Positions 1 to 11,800 of a DNA stretch of 64,000 bases are shown here, piece by piece; within the stretch, counting starts at the first letter, position 1, and every line of letters starts with the position of its first letter. Under the pieces are notes generated by a model. The model saw only the letters and a program-made list of their open reading frames with translations, searched no databases and was not told where the DNA came from. The DNA comes from a virus (taxonomy: Duplodnaviria; Caudoviricetes). The position numbers were made by a program, and so were the translations under genes. The DNA lies in the IMG/VR virus record IMGVR_UViG_3300021399_000102, positions 32,001 through 96,000 of that record. One strand, written 5' to 3'.

Positions 1-105
1 TCATAAAGTACGACCCAGCAATATCTGCTGCCCTTGAATACAGTGTTGATGACATTTAATCCCTTTCATTGTAAATACTTCTACACACCAAAGAGGTATT
101 GACAC

Positions 106-573
106 ATGAAATGGAATAGACTTTACAAGGAGTCCACAAATCCTGAGTTCGTGAATGTGAGCAGGTTCCGTCAGGAAATCAAGGAAGTTCTTGAGGAGGC
201 TACCGAAAAGTGGCCAGAAGGATACATGAAGGATTGCGCTGACGACTACATCGACGAATATGTTGATATGATTGTGGAGGATGCAGTAAGGAGCTTCAAC
301 AAGCTTGTCCATAGGGACGATACCTCAATGTCTGGCAACTTCAAGGACATTCGCTATGATTGGGACGGGTTCCATAGGGAATATCCACATGGTTGCAGTT
401 TGAGCGAAGTTGTGGAGATGATTGACGCTGGCGAGGACAACGAATTCACCAAGGAGTTCAAGGATTGGGCAATTGATTGGTATTTCGAGGCATTTGGCAC
501 ATACAATTTGACATACAAGTGGACAGAATTCATGGAAGAAGCCACATATGACGAGGAGGACGATCAGATATGA
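106..573 (+). CDS. Acidic hypothetical phage protein
   Basis: 155-aa ORF; GAGGT RBS; GTAAATA at 71-77; ATGA overlap with next gene. Confidence 0.8.
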   Translation: MKWNRLYKESTNPEFVNVSRFRQEIKEVLEEATEKWPEGYMKDCADDYIDEYVDMIVEDAVRSFNKLVHRDDTSMSGNFKDIRYDWDGFHREYPHGCSLSEVVEMIDAGEDNEFTKEFKDWAIDWYFEAFGTYNLTYKWTEFMEEATYDEEDDQI

Positions 574-1325
574 AACGTATTATGAAGAAAAGCAAAAGGA
601 TGGTGAAGGAGAGCTATGAAGTCTCTCCTGAACTTGCAGACAGGTTGAACTCAATTCTTGCTGACGAGTTCTTGGCAGCAGAGTTCTATCGTTTGGCCGA
701 GCTTGCGATGAAGGGCAACAAGCAACATAGGCTTTCTGAGATTGCTGACGAGAATGGCGAGGACGAATTGGAGGATCACTTCAAGAACCTCTCTGAGTGG
801 ATGCAGTCCAAGGGAATCAAGGTTGTCACAAATCACGACCAGATGTTGGACATCACTGGGGCAACCGTATTCACTGTGGAGGATGGGGATTCCACCAAGG
901 ACATAGTGGATAAGTTGATTCAGTCTGAGGAAGAGGCTATTGAGGCATATGAGGATCTGATTCCAGACACCGACCTTGACCTTCATACGATGCTTTGTGG
1001 CTTCTTGAAGGATGAACGTGAGCATCTCAAGGCGTTGCAGGACGCAAAGGACGAGATGGGTGGTGGTCTTGAAGAGAGCAAGCCAAAGCACACCATTTAC
1101 GAGGGTATTGACAAGGGAAGACCAAAGGACTGGAATCATCTTAAGGCTACAAACATTCAGTGGGATGTGGATGATCCAGACGACCTTAAGCATGTGCCAG
1201 ACGAGATGTGGGTGGCAATCCCACCAGATGTGGAAGCAGAGGGACCAGAGGCAATTGAGGAATATATGTCAGATTACATCACTGACAATGGTGGCTTCTG
1301 CCACAAGGGATTTGACATAGAATGA
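570..1325 (+). CDS. Ferritin/Dps-like di-iron protein with an extra C-terminal small domain
   Basis: Four-helix-bundle motifs LADEFLAAEFY, DELEDH, EEEAIEAY, DEREH; separate C-terminal module NIQWD...DYITDNGGFCHKGF. Confidence 0.75.
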   Translation: MKRIMKKSKRMVKESYEVSPELADRLNSILADEFLAAEFYRLAELAMKGNKQHRLSEIADENGEDELEDHFKNLSEWMQSKGIKVVTNHDQMLDITGATVFTVEDGDSTKDIVDKLIQSEEEAIEAYEDLIPDTDLDLHTMLCGFLKDEREHLKALQDAKDEMGGGLEESKPKHTIYEGIDKGRPKDWNHLKATNIQWDVDDPDDLKHVPDEMWVAIPPDVEAEGPEAIEEYMSDYITDNGGFCHKGFDIE

Positions 1326-1639
1326 AGAAACTGCTTGCCATATTGGTTCTTTGCATTTCATTCACGGGTTGCGTGAATGTATGCACGAGAAATCCTTGGT
1401 CCAGAACCAGGATTGAGGACACCTATCAATGCACATAGGAAGCAGCAGGAATCTCTTGGATAATCATGTTTCCCCAGACGATGGGATATGGCAACAGCAA
1501 GGGGTTCATGTGGGAGAACATCTTCACGATTCCATTGGGGTTGGTGGGATTCTGCGATACGGCATGTGAAGCCGTATTGGACACCATATGCTTGCCATAT
1601 GATTGGTCAGTGTCCAACCATAGAAACAAATACAAGTGA
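1322..1639 (+). CDS. YceK/YidQ-like lipoprotein (1 TAG=Gln at 1436); absent from the ORF track
   Basis: MKKLLAILVLCISFTGC lipobox; C-terminal DTACEAVLDTICLPYD matches the D..S...DT.LLP.D signature; ATGA overlap with previous gene; ends TGA. Confidence 0.7.
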
Positions 1640-1656
1640 GATGGGGAAGATGATTT

Positions 1657-2880
1657 ATGAAGGTAATCGTTGAAAAGGACGATGAAAGCCTCATTGTAAA
1701 AGGGGCGAAGATGGCATATGGCGCTGTCAAGAACAAGCTTGTATCCATCATAACTGGCCACGCTGCATTGTCGTAGATTGGAACAATTCTCTCCATTCTT
1801 TCCTTCCTTCCTGGGATTGACAAGGATGCAGTTGAGAAGAAGATGAAGGAACTTTCTGGATTCCTCAATTCCAAGATTGAGGATTTCGATGAGTTCATGA
1901 AGTCCATTCCAATGTTGGAGACTTTGTTTGGGGACGAGAAAGATTGTCTCAAGAACATAATGCGTTTCGAGGTGTTTGTCCAACAGATTTCCTTGGGACA
2001 ATATCCAGCAGAGAACTACGACTTGTCGAAAGTTACGGTTGTGCAAACAACTTTCATGGCTTTGATTGCAATATGGGTTGCATTTGGTGCTGGCGTGGTT
2101 GGAACAGGTGGAATTGCGCTTTGTGTTTCTTGGATCATAAAGGATTTGAGCGTTCTTTGCTACAACAAGGTGTTTCCTACGATTGAGGAAGACCTCAAGA
2201 AGTTTGAGGAGTGGGCAAAGAGCAACAACGTGGATGTGGAGAAGAACGCAAAGAGCATCGGGAATGGAAAGACCCCTCAGAAGGGGGAGGCGAAGCCCAA
2301 AGAGGGTGAAAAGGAGGAGCAATCCAAGGAAAAGACAGATGAAAGTTTGCTTGGTGCGATTGCCAAGGGTGCAGCGAAGATGCTTGGAAAAGGTGCTGCA
2401 AAGGCCGCAACGAAGGGTGCTGCCAAAGGTGCTACGACCATTGCTGGCAAGGCAGCATCCAAACTTGCTCCAGCAGCAACCAAGGGATTGACGAAACTTG
2501 GGTCAAAGGTGTTGAAGCAGATAGCAAAGTTGAGTCCAAAGACAGCACAAGTGTTGAAGAAGGGTTCAGTTGAACTTGGCAAGGTGTTGAAGAAGTCAGG
2601 AATAACGATGGAACAAGCCCTTGGAAAGACTGGGGACTACATAGCGAACGCATATGAAAAAGCCAGTGAAGAGGACAAGAAGATTCTGGACGTGATGAAG
2701 GAGGACTTGAACTCTGCAACTGACGTGGATAATTTGATGGAGAAGCTTAAGGAGATGTTTGACATAATTGGGGGAGATGGACAAGAGTCTGATGGCAATG
2801 AAGAGGTTCAGAACGCCAATGAATCCACAAAATGGATTCCATTGAAAAGGACCAGGTGGATTTCGTTGGCTACCGTGTAA
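1657..2880 (+). CDS. Hypothetical protein with hydrophobic segment and Lys/Ala/Gly-rich repeats (1 TAG at 1774)
   Basis: ATG 1657 in frame with track ORF 1843-2880 across one TAG; KGAAK repeats; ends TAA. Confidence 0.7.
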
Positions 2881-2966
2881 ATAATACATGAATTGAACAT
2901 TCGATGCGAGGACTAGTCCATAGAATTGTTCACAACAAACAAATTACTCTATAGAGGAAACGCAAA

Positions 2967-4130
2967 ATGAAGAAACTAAACATTACGAAGAAGCAGTATG
3001 ACGAGTCCAAATACTTCAACAAGAAGTATGGTTCTCTGAAGTACGTTTCTGAATCAGGTAAGCTCTTCAAGACGGACAAGGGCGTAGTCCTTGCTCTTGA
3101 AGGAACTGAGACACAGGGTGCAGATGCACAGGGTGCTGAGGGAGATGGTCAGCAGACCGACGAGTCTCTCAAGGACATTGGAGATGCCATCAAGGGTACT
3201 GCCAAGGAAATTGGTGGCAAGATCAAGGATGGTGCGAAGAAGGGTGCGAAGGCAGTGAGCAACTTCTTCAACGGAAACTTCCGCAAGAACGACACAGTGG
3301 AGATTTCCGGTGGAGAGGACAGCGATGGCAAACCAGTCACGCTGAAGGGCGTTGTCAAGGACGCCGGAAAGAACGAGGTTACGATTGGTATCTCCAGGGA
3401 GGCAGCTGAATCCGACGATGGCGACGCTACTGAGGTTGGAGAGGAAGTGACCCGTGGCGAGCTTACCGACATTCTCAAGGACGTTGTTTCTGAGGTTGAG
3501 AAGGTTTGCGATTCTCAGGATATTTCCTTCGAGGAAGTTGCTGGCATTGAGACCCCAGAGGGTGAGGCTGACGAGACAGCTGACGCCGATGAGGTTGTTG
3601 CCACCAAGGAAGATGTTGCAGATGCACTTCAGGGCGTGATTGACGCCGTTGAGAAGGTTGCGGACGCCAATGACATCGAGCTTCCTGAAGAGGAAGAGGA
3701 CGAGGAGGGTGATGCTTCTGACGATGAAGATGGTGAGCAGTACGACGAAGGTTGCGATTGTGGCAAGAAGGATTGCCCAGAATGCAATCCTGATGGAGTC
3801 AAGGGCGAGTGCGGTGGTCAGGCTTGCGAGTGTGGAGACAAGGTAATGGAGTCCCGTAGGGCCCGTGCCAAGCTCGTTCGTGAGGCAATTGCCCGTCGTG
3901 CAAGAGCCCGCAAGATTCGTGAGAGCCGTGAGCGCCGCGCGAAGATTCGCAAGGTGATTGAGTCCATCCGTCGCCGTAGGGTTGCCAAGAAGGTGTTGGA
4001 GAGCATCCGCCGCCGTCGCGCAGCGAAGAAGATGATGGAGTCCAGGAAGCCAGCATTCAAGAAGATTGCTTCCAAGAGTGTTATGGAGTCCCGCAGGCTC
4101 CGTGCCCGTAGGGCCAGAATGGCAAAGTAA
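2967..4130 (+). CDS. Probable head-internal/scaffold-like protein: acidic core, Cys cluster, Arg-rich C-terminal ES-RR repeats
   Basis: 387 aa; GAGG RBS; GTAAATA 2877-2883; CDCGKKDCPEC; repeated ESRR/ESIRRRR units. Confidence 0.7.
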   Translation: MKKLNITKKQYDESKYFNKKYGSLKYVSESGKLFKTDKGVVLALEGTETQGADAQGAEGDGQQTDESLKDIGDAIKGTAKEIGGKIKDGAKKGAKAVSNFFNGNFRKNDTVEISGGEDSDGKPVTLKGVVKDAGKNEVTIGISREAAESDDGDATEVGEEVTRGELTDILKDVVSEVEKVCDSQDISFEEVAGIETPEGEADETADADEVVATKEDVADALQGVIDAVEKVADANDIELPEEEEDEEGDASDDEDGEQYDEGCDCGKKDCPECNPDGVKGECGGQACECGDKVMESRRARAKLVREAIARRARARKIRESRERRAKIRKVIESIRRRRVAKKVLESIRRRRAAKKMMESRKPAFKKIASKSVMESRRLRARRARMAK

Positions 4131-4160
4131 GTTCAATTTGAACTGAAATGCAAATAAAGA

Positions 4161-4200
4161 GCGAGGTTGCCTTTACAGGCAGCCTCGTTTCGTTTATAAT
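4161..4200 (+). terminator. Intrinsic terminator overlapping a sigma70-like promoter
   Basis: Stem GCGAGGTTGCC/GGCAGCCTCGT with TTTACA loop and T tail; TTTACA(4172)-17 nt-TATAAT(4195). Confidence 0.7.
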
Positions 4201-4206
4201 ATATAT

Positions 4207-4725
4207 ATGGAAATTGAAGATTCCAAATTGGAGTTCTTGAACGAGAACAGAAATCGGCTGCTTGAAGGGTTTGACCATATCGACCAGAACATATTTAAGC
4301 CCAACATGATTTATGCCCTCAATGGAATTGGCTACAAGTTCATCATCGTTCCAGATGAAGATTGGACTCCAAGCAAGTGGTTTCCAACTGAGACATCTTC
4401 CCAAGACAGGGAGGTTAGGGTGATACATTCGTATATCTCCAAAAATTCTGGAATGTTGAGATATTCTGACCAATGTGGTTGGTCGTTTCACGAGTTGGCA
4501 CACGCTACGATATTTAGTGGCAATTTTACAGAGAAGTTCATATCGTTGGTTTCTCCATATGAATATCCTCTGAATAGAGATGAGCTTTATTGCTATGGCT
4601 ATCAGATTTGGAAGATGGCTCAAGTTGGAAAGTTGAAGAATTTTGTGAAGTTTGTTGTAAAGAAGGTTCCTTACATAGGAAATGACTTGGATTTGTTGGT
4701 AAAGGTAATTGCTCAAAGGCATTGA
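4207..4725 (+). CDS. HExxH-motif (metallopeptidase-like) protein
   Basis: FHELAHA and downstream NRDELYCY; ATG 6 nt after TATAAT. Confidence 0.55.
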   Translation: MEIEDSKLEFLNENRNRLLEGFDHIDQNIFKPNMIYALNGIGYKFIIVPDEDWTPSKWFPTETSSQDREVRVIHSYISKNSGMLRYSDQCGWSFHELAHATIFSGNFTEKFISLVSPYEYPLNRDELYCYGYQIWKMAQVGKLKNFVKFVVKKVPYIGNDLDLLVKVIAQRH

Positions 4726-4737
4726 AAGGAAAAATAC

Positions 4738-5826
4738 ATGTATAGTTCATCAGAGTTCGTTTCGCAAGGTCATCCAGACAGAACATGCGACAGTATCGCG
4801 TCCTATCTTCTTGACATGTACTTGAAGCATGACCCCCATGTAAGGTTTGCCATGGAAATCCAGTTGAAGGGACAATATTGCAATCTTGCTGGTGAGGTTA
4901 CATCCACTTGGACGCCAGATAACGATATGGTTGCAGAGATGGTGAGGGATGCCATTAGAAAGGTTGGCTATACCCACGAGTATGCTTCTAAATGGCCGAA
5001 GAACGCTACCTTGGATGCTGATAATGTCATCGTAAACGATTTTGTTGGGCAGCAGTCCCCTGACATCGCCAAAGGTGTTGATAGGGAAGGTTGGGGAGAT
5101 CAGGGTTGCTTCATGGGCATGGCTACAACCGAACAGGAATATGACTATATGCCTATGGACAAGTATTTCGCCAACAAGATTGGAACATATCTCTATCATT
5201 CAGCGTTAAGGGGGGACATCAAGATTGGTCTTGACATCAAGGTTTTGGTCTCCATCAAGAACCCTAAAACGGTTGAGCAGGTGATTGTAGCGGCACCAAT
5301 GCTCCCAGAAAACGAGAAAGAAGCGAAGGAAGCCATCACGACCATAGTGAGAAATGTCATATTCAATCATGGTGTCGAGAATGGGGAAATCATCATCAAT
5401 GGCACTGGCGCTTATGTCATACATTCTTCCATTGGGGATGCTGGCGTTGTTGGCAGGAAGTTGGCTGTGGACTTCTATGGATTGAACTGCCCTATTGGGG
5501 GTGGAACGACTTGGGGCAAGGATGGCACGAAGGCTGATGTCACATTGAACCTTGCTGCACGATACAATGCCATGCTTCAGATGTTTCACACTCAGAAACC
5601 CACCTTCTGTAAGATTAGCTGCTGCATTGGAAATCCTGAGTGCCTTGTGTCCTTCTTTGAGAAGAACCATGACGAGCCTTATGCTGAGGATAGCGTCACC
5701 CTCCTTCCTTCTATTCTGACGCACAAGTTTGGGCTGGATGGTTCTGTCCCCAACATGTTCTGGGCGATGTGCGAGAATGGGTTGTTCTGCCGTGTGGACG
5801 AATTGGCGAGGTCTGAGGGTGAATGA
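4738..5826 (+). CDS. metK: S-adenosylmethionine synthetase
   Basis: SEFVSQGHPDRTCD, QQSPDIAKGV, GWGDQG, GDAGVVGRKLAVDFYG, GGG..GKD.TKAD. Confidence 0.95.
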   Translation: MYSSSEFVSQGHPDRTCDSIASYLLDMYLKHDPHVRFAMEIQLKGQYCNLAGEVTSTWTPDNDMVAEMVRDAIRKVGYTHEYASKWPKNATLDADNVIVNDFVGQQSPDIAKGVDREGWGDQGCFMGMATTEQEYDYMPMDKYFANKIGTYLYHSALRGDIKIGLDIKVLVSIKNPKTVEQVIVAAPMLPENEKEAKEAITTIVRNVIFNHGVENGEIIINGTGAYVIHSSIGDAGVVGRKLAVDFYGLNCPIGGGTTWGKDGTKADVTLNLAARYNAMLQMFHTQKPTFCKISCCIGNPECLVSFFEKNHDEPYAEDSVTLLPSILTHKFGLDGSVPNMFWAMCENGLFCRVDELARSEGE

Positions 5827-5851
5827 GCCGCAAATGGTAAATACCATTGTT

Positions 5852-8800
5852 ATGGATTCAGAATTGACAAGACCGCAGTCCCTTTAGGAACTATATAAGA
5901 CATATTTCGCCTTTGCGAACAAGTGCCAATTCACTACCCTTCTGAGGAACTACATTCAGAATGAGGAGTGGAAGGACAAGTCGCAAGAGCCAGTTTGGAA
6001 TATACTGTCCAAGATTTCAGACGACATTGGTGCCGTCCTCACAGACGACATAGTGAACTACACGAGAAACGTAGTTGACATAAACACTTGCAAGGTTCCG
6101 CAGTTCATAGAGCAGGGAAAGATGCTTTCGTATGGGCTTGACCACATCAAGAACTCATATGACTTTCTGCCAAAGCGCATACAGTGCCTTGTGGACATCT
6201 TCTCTGTGAATCCAGAGTTCTTGATTGGAAACCACAAGAACCACATTCTCTCCGACAAGGTAATCAAGGAAATCTTGGTCTATATCAAGGATAATGCCAC
6301 ATCAAATGTGGCATTCACCAACGAGGATGTAATCGACAGGTTGATAGATGATCCACATGGTCTCACTGACGCATAGACCTACAGGAACTTCGTATTGACT
6401 TTGTTCTACACAACCATAGTCAATGCCTTGTCTGCTCCATATTCTGACGAGAACAAGCAACCTATAGTGTTCAATTTGCTTTGGAAGGAAAGGCAGAATC
6501 AGAAGAACATCATCTCCCATCTCAGGGAATACAAGACTTGGGTTGACAAGTACATCTCCAACGAAATTGAGCATCCTCTGAACGATGGAGATTTGCGCAA
6601 CACCATCTATGATGAGGTGGAGCGCGTGAAGAATCAGAAGAAGATGTCGTCGAAGTTCAATCCATTCAAGGTTGCTGACCACATCTATTTCAATGGTCTC
6701 AATCCAACGAACAAGTTGTCTGACGATGAGTTGGACTTGGTTGAGATGGTGATTGACTATCATTCCAGGACGAAATACAACTACGAGGCTCAGGAGTTTG
6801 AGGACGACCAAAGCACACAGTACGCCTACTACAAGGAATTGGAGTTCTGCGAGTATGTCAAGATGATGATGTTCGTGATGAACAACCTCAAGTATTTCGA
6901 CCTTGACAACTTGTCCTACGATCCATCAAGCAACAAGTTCATACAAACGAAAACAGATGAGGAGAAGTGCTTGCGCGTTGTGGAGTTGTTCTGCGATGGA
7001 GAACATCTCGTGGAGGATGCGCAAGGGAACGTTGTTCTAAACCACAAGGACGTGGTGTTCAAGGTGGCAAAGTTCCTTTGCGACTATGTGTTCAACATCC
7101 AATTCATGAGAGAGAACATCAAAACTGTTGCGACCAAACATGCCATGAGGGGAACAGCTGGATTGCTTGTGCATATAGTGAACGACTATCTCATCAAGGA
7201 ATTGGGGTCTGTAAGGGACAGGATCCCCTTGGAAGACGCCAAGAAGAAGGGAATAGACATAAAGTTTGGTTGGGAGATTCAACCTGACAAGTTCCTCAAC
7301 TATGGCAACGCAACTGTCCTTGAATACGAGGACGACAACGAATACTTCAACATAGAGCCAGAGAAGGATGTTCGGTTCACAGAGCGCACCAACGCAAGAT
7401 ATTGGGAGAAGTTGGAGAACATGGGAGACGACGACAAGCTCGGCGTTCTCACAAAGGCTCAAATAAGGGATTTCTACAGAAAGACCCTGGGAATGGGGCG
7501 TTTGCAGCCAAAGAAGCCAAAGGACTATGACGATGTTTGTGATTTCTTGGTTGATTTGTTCAAGATTGGCGCGAATCCAATCGCTTGGAACAACGACAGC
7601 AAAGAACTGAACAACCCAATAGACAACATAACATATGATTCTGAGGAGAAGTATGGCTACACCAAGGCTGAGAGGATGGAGGTTCAGACCAATACTGCTT
7701 TGAGGGCAAACCAAGAACGTCAATTCCTGGAATACAGTGGCAACGAGGATTTGATTGGCGAGAGCATGTACGAGTTCGTCAATAGCAAGATATTCTATTG
7801 GAAGAATACTGACTTCTCCTCGCACGTCCTTCATCCATTCATGTACAATCTGAAGCTGTGGAACAAGCTCAACAACATCATCATCAATGGCTACAAGGAC
7901 TATGTGGATAACGACCTCATAGAGTACATGTCCTCAAAGATGAAGTTCGACCAGCTTGTTGGCGAGTTTGGGGAATGCAAGAACTTCTGGAAGTACAATG
8001 TGATGGACTTGACGGGATATACCACCAGGTACGAGGCTGCCATCAAGGACGAGCATAGGGACGACGACAACAAGACCACAAGCGAGTTGACAGGATATGA
8101 TGGTTTGTTCTACCCACAAGCAGCGGAGGAATTCCTATATTTGGTCAGAAACAGAGTCCACATAAGGGATGATATTGACGACGTGGAACAGGATTTCACC
8201 TTGACAAATGGATTCTTTGCGCAACATGGTTTGGAGGTCACTGATTCTGAAGATGAAGATGAGCAGGATAAGCAGAATAAGATGAAATATATCACATCTA
8301 ACCCATTTATTGAGGCGATATATTCAATCTATTGGCAGATTAAGGAGAATCCTGTATATGAATACAAGAAGGTGAACGACAATCCAGAGGAATGGAAGTG
8401 GGTTGAAACTTCAACCAAGAAGTCTTTCTACCTCAAGTGGTATTCCCATCTGAACTACACAAGAGCAGAGTATCAGAAGATCGCAATGCAACTTTGGTAT
8501 TGGCGAAAGAGGATTTGCGAATTGATTCGCACTGACTACGACATCTCAAAGTACTGCCTGGACATATAGGGCAATTCACTCATCTTGATGCATACGTTCC
8601 ATGACGAGGATTACGAGAAGAACCCATATCTCATAGACCTTGCCATAACGCAAAGCAAGTTGATGGACAATGCTTCTGGAAACAAGAACACGCACGTTCC
8701 ATTCTGCGAGAGCAAACTTGTCCGACCAAACGAGCTTTGGGTGAGATGGAAGTCAAACCCAATTGCTATTCCAGCATTTGACGTGAATTGGCAAGAGAAG

Positions 8801-11800
8801 ACAGGGGACTACGAGTTCGACTACCACTATAGAACTGACGATTTCGAGGAAATGGGTCAGGTAACGCATTCCAACAACGATTGCAACGACGATTTCCACG
8901 TTGTCATCCGAGAGTGGAGAGACCAGTATAAGAACCTCATCCATTGGAACGAACAGGGGTTGGACGACAACAGGTTGCCGGTGTTCTTCGACATGGAGCA
9001 GTCGGCGAACGTATTGGCGTTGGCATCTTGGCGTTGCTTCACCTACACTGAAGATGGAATTGAAATAAGAGATGAGGATGGGGAACCAGTAAAGGCTACA
9101 CTTTGTGGCAAGAATCCCCTTCACATACTGTCGATTGAGCGTACAAGCACATCCACATTGGAGTACAATTGGACAAAATATACTGAAGGGACATCCAAGT
9201 TGTTCAACTTGAATCACTTGCTAAATTGGATGTTTGATGCATATCATTATTGCCCAGCAAATGGTTCGTTGTTGATACCCCTTTACAGGTTCGATTGCTT
9301 GGACGCACAAGGAGATGTTGAGCAAAGCGGACGAGATGGTTTAGAACGGGATTCTGACACCGAAGTTGAGGAGGATAAGGAAGAGCCAAGGCAAATTGCC
9401 CAAGTTGATATGTTCGTTGTCCCTGCCCAAATGCTCAAGTAGGACAACTTCTCGGCAATGGACAGGGTATATGAGTTGCCAATAGAGAAAATAGACCTCA
9501 ATGCCATATCCGACTTCTCTGACAAGTTCCTCAAATACAGGTTCGACCATCCAATCAAGGTTTGTAGAAACACGAACATGGTGTTCTCCCCTTACAGCAG
9601 CAATGGTCAGAACAAGGTCAAGTGCGCGTTCTTGGGTGTGTTCATTGATGACGATGAAGAACCCCACAAGGAGAAGAACAACTACAACAACAAGTCAATC
9701 AGGTTCAGCACTTGCGATGCAGCAACAAGATACGAGCATGATTCCCAATCAGTAGTTGATCTTGGGTTGACCAAGGGTGGATATTTCAAGCCTTGGGTTG
9801 ATGCTGATGGGAACTTGATTGTCGATAAGGATGGAAACCCATTGAACAGGGGGAATGTTGGAGATGCCAACTACATGGATGATTTCGTCAATGATGAAGT
9901 TCTGAAGAAGGATGCGTTCAATTCCTACGATTCCAACGACAAGTATGTGTTCATCATAGACTTTCAGACCACCATAGACAATTCAACGCTCTTCTTGAAC
10001 ACCAAAGAGAACCTGATGTTCTATTCCTACAACATTCTGTCTGATGCTGGGTACATTCCACACTTCGCATATCAGTCCCTTGTGAAGTATGGCGATGATG
10101 TTGATGGCACGGCATATACTTGGAGGAACAAGTATCTCAAGACCAAGAACCATCTCCAATTCGAGCTTCTTGGGCTTGACGACCAACGCATCCCAAAGGC
10201 GTTTGACGCAATGCAGAAGATGGTTGTTGAGGACACCACTGACGATTGCAAGACCCTCATCAACCCTGCAAAGATGATGGATGACATCTACAGGATATGG
10301 TGCGAGACCAAGGGCAAGAAACGCAAGTTGCTTCCTGGCGAGGAGGACAAATACGGCTATAAGGTCAAGTACGATGCCTATTTCGAGAACGAGTACAAGG
10401 ACTATTCCAATCCAAAGTGGGATTTCAATGAATAGGGCTATGAATGGGATGTTTGCAAAGACCATCCAGACGAACGGTTTGAGATTTCATTGCCTCAACG
10501 AAATGGTTCAAGAAGCCTTGTTCCAGAGACGTTGTCAGAGTTCAAGTCCATATTGGATGAATACTATGTGTCCATCCTCAGAACAGATAATGGGCAGTTC
10601 CTGAACGAGAAACGCTACATCCTCCCTCCAACCAAGGTGTCGGAGTTCGTGCTTGAACTTACTGATGACAAAAGCACACTTGACGAGGAACAAAAGAAGA
10701 AGATTGATGATGGCTTTGTGGAATGCAACCTTGGGGAGTATCTTTCCTCCCAAGTCCAGGACGACCACTTTGTTCCTGAGCAAGTTCTGTTCACCGGAAC
10801 TCAAAATCCGTTCAACTACGACAACGATGGCAGAAGGATATGGTCGAAGTCAGAGACGTTGCAATATGGCAATGGAATACTCGGCTTGGATGGAATAAAG
10901 CTCAAGATTGGCATAGAAAGCGAAGAGAGCGTAGAGCCTTTGAGGGACGTGAAGGGCAACATTGTCGCCCACGAGGAAGTTCAGGACGTGGGTGGCGTGA
11001 AGAAGATAGTTGTTGTCCCAGATACCAGAACAGTAACGAGGAAGTTCTTGCGTCCTTATGTCAAGTTCATCAAGACGGCAAGGAATTCCACTGACCTCAT
11101 AGACAAAATCCACAATGAAACCAATGTGATTGGCGAGGGTCAAATAACCATAGTGCTTTCGCATAGGAATTTGGACAACATAGCGAAATATCACATCCTC
11201 AATACTTCATCCAATCTCTACTACAATGGCTCGTTGCCAAAGGATGGAACAGAGAGATTCAAGTTCTCTGACTTCAAGTTCAAGAAGACATCTAAACTAA
11301 AGTCAAGATAGAACTACATTTAGTATTATTCACCAGATGGGAATTATAAGTTTGTGACATTGGTTGAAAATGATGGTACAATAAGGACATCCGAAACCAG
11401 AGAATCTGCCATAGTGTATGATACGAAGGAAAAAGCCATTGATTTCATCAAGAACATATGCAAGAAACACAACAAGAAAAAGGATATGTTCTATGTCTAT
11501 CAGGATAATTGGGCTACAGAAGATGTTGATGAAGAGGGAAATCCATTGTTGGAGTTCACCAATGAGCAAATTCAGGGTGAAGTTCCTCCATACTATATTG
11601 TGGGGGAAGATGAAAAGCCATTGTGGTTCTTGGAGCAAGACAAGCTTATTCCGAAGCCAAGCCAAAAAGCTTGGGATGAAGCTGCATCGAAGTGGTCGCA
11701 AGACGAGGATGATCAAACAGACTTGAAGAGAATTGGACATACGTTGGAGAAACGCGAACAAGTACCAATCAAGGAACGTGTTGATTCCGAAATAGAATAT

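Noticed and set aside
3054-4136. Long antisense ORFs (e.g. 3054-4136, 24367-25332, 45648-46364, 62443-63156)
   Set aside because: Shadows of codon-biased real genes; no RBS, promoter or recognisable motif
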